DNA from: a virus
Taxonomy: Duplodnaviria > Heunggongvirae > Uroviricota > Caudoviricetes
Length of the DNA: 14,452 bases
Virus record (IMG/VR): IMGVR_UViG_2724679538_000001
Strand: one strand, 5' to 3'
Of this stretch, positions 8,129-14,452 are shown in pieces. The translations under genes were made by a program, and so were the position numbers. Every line of letters begins with the position of its first letter. Positions within the stretch are counted from its first letter, which is position 1. The notes below the pieces were generated by a model. That model did no database searches. It was not told the origin of the DNA and saw only the letters and a program-made list of their open reading frames with translations.

Positions 8129-8734
8129 TTACACTGGTGTGTTCAGCAAATCGTTAACGGCATCAGATGCAGGGTTACCTGCAGCCAGCGGTGCCGGTGC
8201 CCCCTGCATCAGACGATCCAGCGCAGTGTCACTGCGCGCCTGTGCACTCTGTGGTGCTGCGGCCAGAATGCGGCGTGCCGTTTCCACGGTCATACCGGGG
8301 GTTTCTGCCAGCACGCGTGCCTGTTCTTCGCGTCCGTGGGCCTCCTCACAATTGAGGATCCCCATGATGCGGCTGTTTTCTGCCGCAACCGCTGCGGTGA
8401 TCTGCGCGTTCACGTCCGGCTGCGCCGCGCTGGCGTTTTCGCCCTCCGTCGCTGACACCACATCAGTAACATCAGCCTGCGAAGCAGTGGCTGAAACAGT
8501 TGTTGATTGAGTCTCTTTGGTCATTCGCCCTCCTGAGAGTCGGGATTTACGTGCATCCAGTGCCTCACGCATAACGGTGATCGCATCGGTGCTGTTAACA
8601 AGTTCATCAGCCAGTCCGGCATCAATGGCCTCCTGACCGCTGTACACTGCAGCCTCGGTATCCAGAACAGCCTGCACGGACAGGCCGGTATATGCCGATA
8701 CCTTCTGCGCAAACATCTGGCGGGTTGCATCCAT
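8129..8734 (-). CDS. Nu3: Scaffolding protein Nu3 (201 aa), an in-frame internal start within the C-terminal third of C
   Basis: An in-frame ATG at 8734..8732 (MDATRQMFAQKVSAY...) lies at the position equivalent to the lambda nu3 start (606 nt to the shared stop). Assignment rests on established lambda annotation and collinearity, not on a strong local RBS. Confidence 0.65.
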   Translation of the reverse strand: MDATRQMFAQKVSAYTGLSVQAVLDTEAAVYSGQEAIDAGLADELVNSTDAITVMREALDARKSRLSGGRMTKETQSTTVSATASQADVTDVVSATEGENASAAQPDVNAQITAAVAAENSRIMGILNCEEAHGREEQARVLAETPGMTVETARRILAAAPQSAQARSDTALDRLMQGAPAPLAAGNPASDAVNDLLNTPV

Positions 8735-9428
8735 CCGGGATTGCAGTGTTTCCCGGACGTCATCCGGAAGATGGCTGTAGGGGTTGCCATCCACCTTATG
8801 GCTGCCGCTGTAAATCAGCGTGATTTCCACGCCCTGTTTCTCCAGCGCAGCACCGTAATTACTGTGAGCCATCATGACGCCGATGGAGCCTGTCCGGGCG
8901 GTCTGTGTGACCAGACGCCGGGAGGCGGCACTGGCAAGCAGCTGACCTGCACTACAGTTCATGTCGTTGGCCAGCGCCCATACCGGTTTTATGTCACGCA
9001 CACGGGCGATGATGTCAGCGCAATCAAATGCCCCCGCCACCATCCCGCCTGGCGTGTCCATATCGAGCAGAATGCCGTCCACCATCGGATCGCTGGCAGC
9101 CTGTTGCAGACGGGCGATAATGCCGTTGTAACCGGTCATCCCCGAATACGGCTGCAGCGCCCGCGTCCGGCTGACCAGCGTGCCGGACACCGGCAGCACG
9201 GCGATGCCATTCATGACCTGATAACTGCGGGCCTGTCGTGGCCCGTCATCATCACCGGATAACGCCAGCGTCGCGGGTGACTCTCCGGCAGTCAGGCTGT
9301 CACCTGACACCGCATCCGTCAGGCGGCTTATCCCAATCTGGCCTGCAAGCGCACAAAAGAAAACCCGCGCATAGGCGGGTTCAAGCATCAGCGGCTCATT
9401 AAAGGCCATGCTGGCAATATGCGGGAGA

Positions 9429-9448
<20 letters not shown>
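8129..9448 (-). CDS. C: Prohead protease and scaffold protein C (439 aa), GTG start overlapping the B 3' end
   Basis: The track ORF 8129..9583 (484 aa) is an artefactual 5' extension. The lambda-equivalent initiator is the GTG at 9448..9446, preceded by AGGAGGAGAA, giving VTAELRNLPHIASMAFNEPLMLEPAYARVFF... of 439 aa. It overlaps the B stop (9429) by 20 nt, as in lambda. Confidence 0.88.
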
Positions 9449-13129
<3,681 letters not shown>

Positions 13130-13155
<26 letters not shown>

Positions 13156-13675
13156 TCAGCAACCCCGGTATCAGTTCATCCAGCGCGGCTGCTTTGTTCA
13201 TGGCTTTGATGATATCCCGTTTCAGGAAATCAACATGTCGGTTTTCCAGTTCCGGAAAACGCCGCTGTACCGAGAGAGGGATCCCGTCAAGAATACTGGC
13301 AATTTCACCTGCGATCCGTGACAGCACGAAAGTACAGAATGCGGTTTCCACCACTTCTGCGGAGTCTCTGGCATTCTTCAGCTCCTGGGCGTCAGCCTGC
13401 GCACGCGTAAGTCGATGGCGTTCGTACTCAATAGTCCCAGGCTGGAGATCTGCCTCGCTGGCAGCCCTGTAATCCTCAACCTCTTTACGGAGTTTTTCAT
13501 TTTCGATATCAGCTTCCCTCTGCGCATACCACTGAATTGCCATGGCGGTATCAAATACAGATTCAACGCCCTTACCACCTCCGGAGACGCAAGGGAGTCC
13601 CTGAGACTGCCAGCGTTCAATCGTTCGCGGATCCACGTTGAAAATTTCGGCAAGTTTCTTTTTATTAACCTTCAT
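13130..13675 (-). CDS. Nu1: Terminase small subunit Nu1 (181 aa); the N-terminal DNA-binding domain diverges from lambda while the C-terminal two-thirds are lambda-like
   Basis: ORF 13130..13675 (-), 181 aa. Residues from about 75 onward ([60 protein letters not shown]...) match lambda Nu1 as recalled. Residues 1 to about 70 ([41 protein letters not shown]...) differ at many positions from lambda (MEVNKKQLADIFGASIRTIQNWQEQGMPVLRGGGKGNEVLY...). Confidence 0.92.
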
Positions 13676-13699
13676 GAAACAGTCTCACAATAAATACAG

Positions 13700-13811
13700 G
13701 GTCCGACATGAAAGTGCCCGAAAATGACTTTTTTAGGCGTTTTCATGTCGGACCTTTACGGATTCGATATTAGAAAAAACAAATAGTTATATTCGAGAAG
13801 TACCGACATGA
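13700..13811 (-). repeat. Three copies of a CCGACATG(A) motif in cosB: a 14-bp perfect inverted-repeat pair (13700..13713 and 13741..13754) plus a third copy at 13803..13811. Candidate small-terminase binding (R) sites
   Basis: ggtccgacatgaaa at 13700..13713 and its exact reverse complement tttcatgtcggacc at 13741..13754, separated by 27 bp. ccgacatga recurs at 13803..13811. All lie between cosN and the Nu1 start, where lambda carries R3-I1-R2-R1. Confidence 0.5.
13777..13789 (-). promoter_or_regulatory. Possible IHF-like site (aaacaaatagtta, one mismatch to WATCAANNNNTTR) after an A-tract, between the first and second R-like repeats
   Basis: AT-rich spacer 13755..13800 with an A6 tract and a near-consensus IHF core. 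Its position is analogous to lambda I1. This is a weak motif match only. Confidence 0.25.
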
Positions 13812-13851
13812 TTTTCCCCGGAAAATTTTCATAAATAGCGAAAACCCGCGA

Positions 13852-13863
13852 GGTCGCCGCCCC
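13852..13863 (-). other. cosN cohesive-end sequence (GGGCGGCGACCT on the minus strand) in joined, uncut form
   Basis: Plus-strand aggtcgccgccc at 13852..13863 is the exact reverse complement of the lambda 12-nt cohesive end. The flanking 30 or so bp on the Nu1 side match the lambda left end, apart from a 1-bp difference. Confidence 0.9.
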
Positions 13864-13884
13864 GTAACCTGTCGGATCGCCGGA
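13864..13884 (-). other. cosQ-like region immediately on the right-end side of cosN
   Basis: The minus strand reads GGCGATCCGACAGGTTACG directly upstream of cosN, one substitution away from the lambda right-end sequence as recalled. The exact extent of cosQ is uncertain. Confidence 0.5.
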
Positions 13885-13898
13885 AAGGACCCACAAAA

Positions 13899-13915
13899 TG
13901 ATAATAATTATCATC
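13899..13915. repeat. Perfect 8-bp-arm palindrome atgataat-a-attatcat
   Basis: Read directly from the sequence; it sits in the AT-rich DNA between cosQ and the small plus-strand ORF. Function unknown; a protein-binding site is possible. Confidence 0.4.
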
Positions 13916-14061
13916 TACATGTCACAACGTGCATCTACGCCATCAAACCACGTCAAATAATCAATTATGACGCAGGTATCGTATTAATTGATCTGCATCA
14001 ACTTAACGTAAAAACAACTTCAGACAATACAAATCAGCGACACTGAATACAGGGCAACCTC

Positions 14062-14295
14062 ATGTCAACGAAGAACAGAACCCGCAGAACAACAACCCGC
14101 AACATCCGCTTTCCTAACCAAATGATTGAACAAATTAACATCGCTCTTGTTCAAAAAGGGTCCGGGAATTTCTCAGCCTGGGTCATTGAAGCCTGCCGCC
14201 GGAGACTGTGCTCAGAAAAAAGAGTTTCTCCTGAAGCAAACAAAGAAAAGAGTGTCATTACTGAATTGCTCAGAAAACAGGTCAGACCAGATTGA
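14062..14295 (+). CDS. Hypothetical small basic protein (77 aa) with an Arc/Mnt-like ribbon-helix-helix signature
   Basis: ATG at 14062 with AGGG 7 nt upstream. It is the only substantial ORF in this AT-rich segment. The stretch NIRFPNQMIEQINIALVQKGSGNFSAWVIEACRRR parallels Arc (NLRWPREVLDLVRKVAEENGRSVNSEIYQRVMESF): a beta-strand with Arg/aromatic/Pro, helix A, a Gly turn, then helix B. The N-terminus is Arg/Thr-rich. Coding status is not proven. Confidence 0.4.
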   Translation: MSTKNRTRRTTTRNIRFPNQMIEQINIALVQKGSGNFSAWVIEACRRRLCSEKRVSPEANKEKSVITELLRKQVRPD

Positions 14296-14339
14296 AGCAA
14301 TTTAGATAATCGTGCAGACTACGCCCTGATGAATCCCCT

Positions 14340-14361
14340 AATGATTTTTATCAAAATCATT
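14340..14361. repeat. Imperfect palindrome aatgatttt-tatc-aaaatcatt downstream of the small ORF
   Basis: 9-bp arms with a 4-bp spacer, read directly from the sequence. It is AT-only, so unlikely to be an intrinsic terminator; an operator-like site is possible. Confidence 0.3.
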
Positions 14362-14452
14362 AAGTTAAGGTAGATACACATCTTGTCATATGATCAAATG
14401 GTTTCGCCAAAAATCAATAATCAGACAACAAAATGTGCGAACTCGATATTTG

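Noticed and set aside
6804-8510. ORFs 6804..6998 (-), 7801..8100 (+), 8060..8455 (+), 8109..8510 (+) and 8167..8355 (+)
   Set aside because: They are alternate-frame or antisense to E, D and C. The Cys/Arg/Trp-rich translations look non-biological.
13869-13876. CCGACAGG in cosQ resembling the CCGACATG cosB repeats
   Set aside because: This cosQ segment matches lambda, whose cosB repeats are unrelated, and it differs at one position from the cosB motif. It is most likely coincidental, though a footprinting experiment would settle it.
13980-14061. Sigma-70 promoter upstream of the small RHH-like ORF
   Set aside because: Only weak -35 and -10 matches (for example ttgatc) with no convincing spacing, so a promoter cannot be supported from sequence alone.
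14390-14452. Possible start of another plus-strand ORF (ATG at 14390, MIKWFRQKSIIRQQNVRTRYL...) running off the window end
   Set aside because: Only 21 codons are visible, there is no clear SD at proper spacing, and it cannot be distinguished from chance in AT-rich DNA. It is worth re-examining with more downstream sequence.

Overview
This window is the reverse complement of a phage lambda-like (lambdoid Escherichia phage or prophage) left arm: the complete head and tail morphogenesis operon on the minus strand, in lambda order Nu1-A-W-B-C/Nu3-D-E-FI-FII-Z-U-V-G/G-T-H-M-L (L is cut by the window start). It also contains a joined cos site (cosQ-cosN-cosB) and about 590 bp of the lambda right-end region. 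Gene order, gene lengths, overlaps, the G-T frameshift site and most protein sequences match lambda as I recall it; no search was run. Gene boundaries are collinear with lambda to within a few bp, so there is no inserted cargo island, CRISPR array, tRNA or IS element. I do not see a convincing novel multi-gene system here. Two places depart from plain lambda and are worth follow-up. First, a roughly 370 bp mosaic replacement covers cosB and the N-terminal DNA-binding domain of the small terminase Nu1, with a new set of repeated CCGACATG motifs, consistent with a swapped packaging-specificity module. Second, a small plus-strand ORF near cos has an Arc/Mnt-like ribbon-helix-helix signature. Most other ORFs in the six-frame track are antisense or nested artefacts of GC-rich coding sequence.
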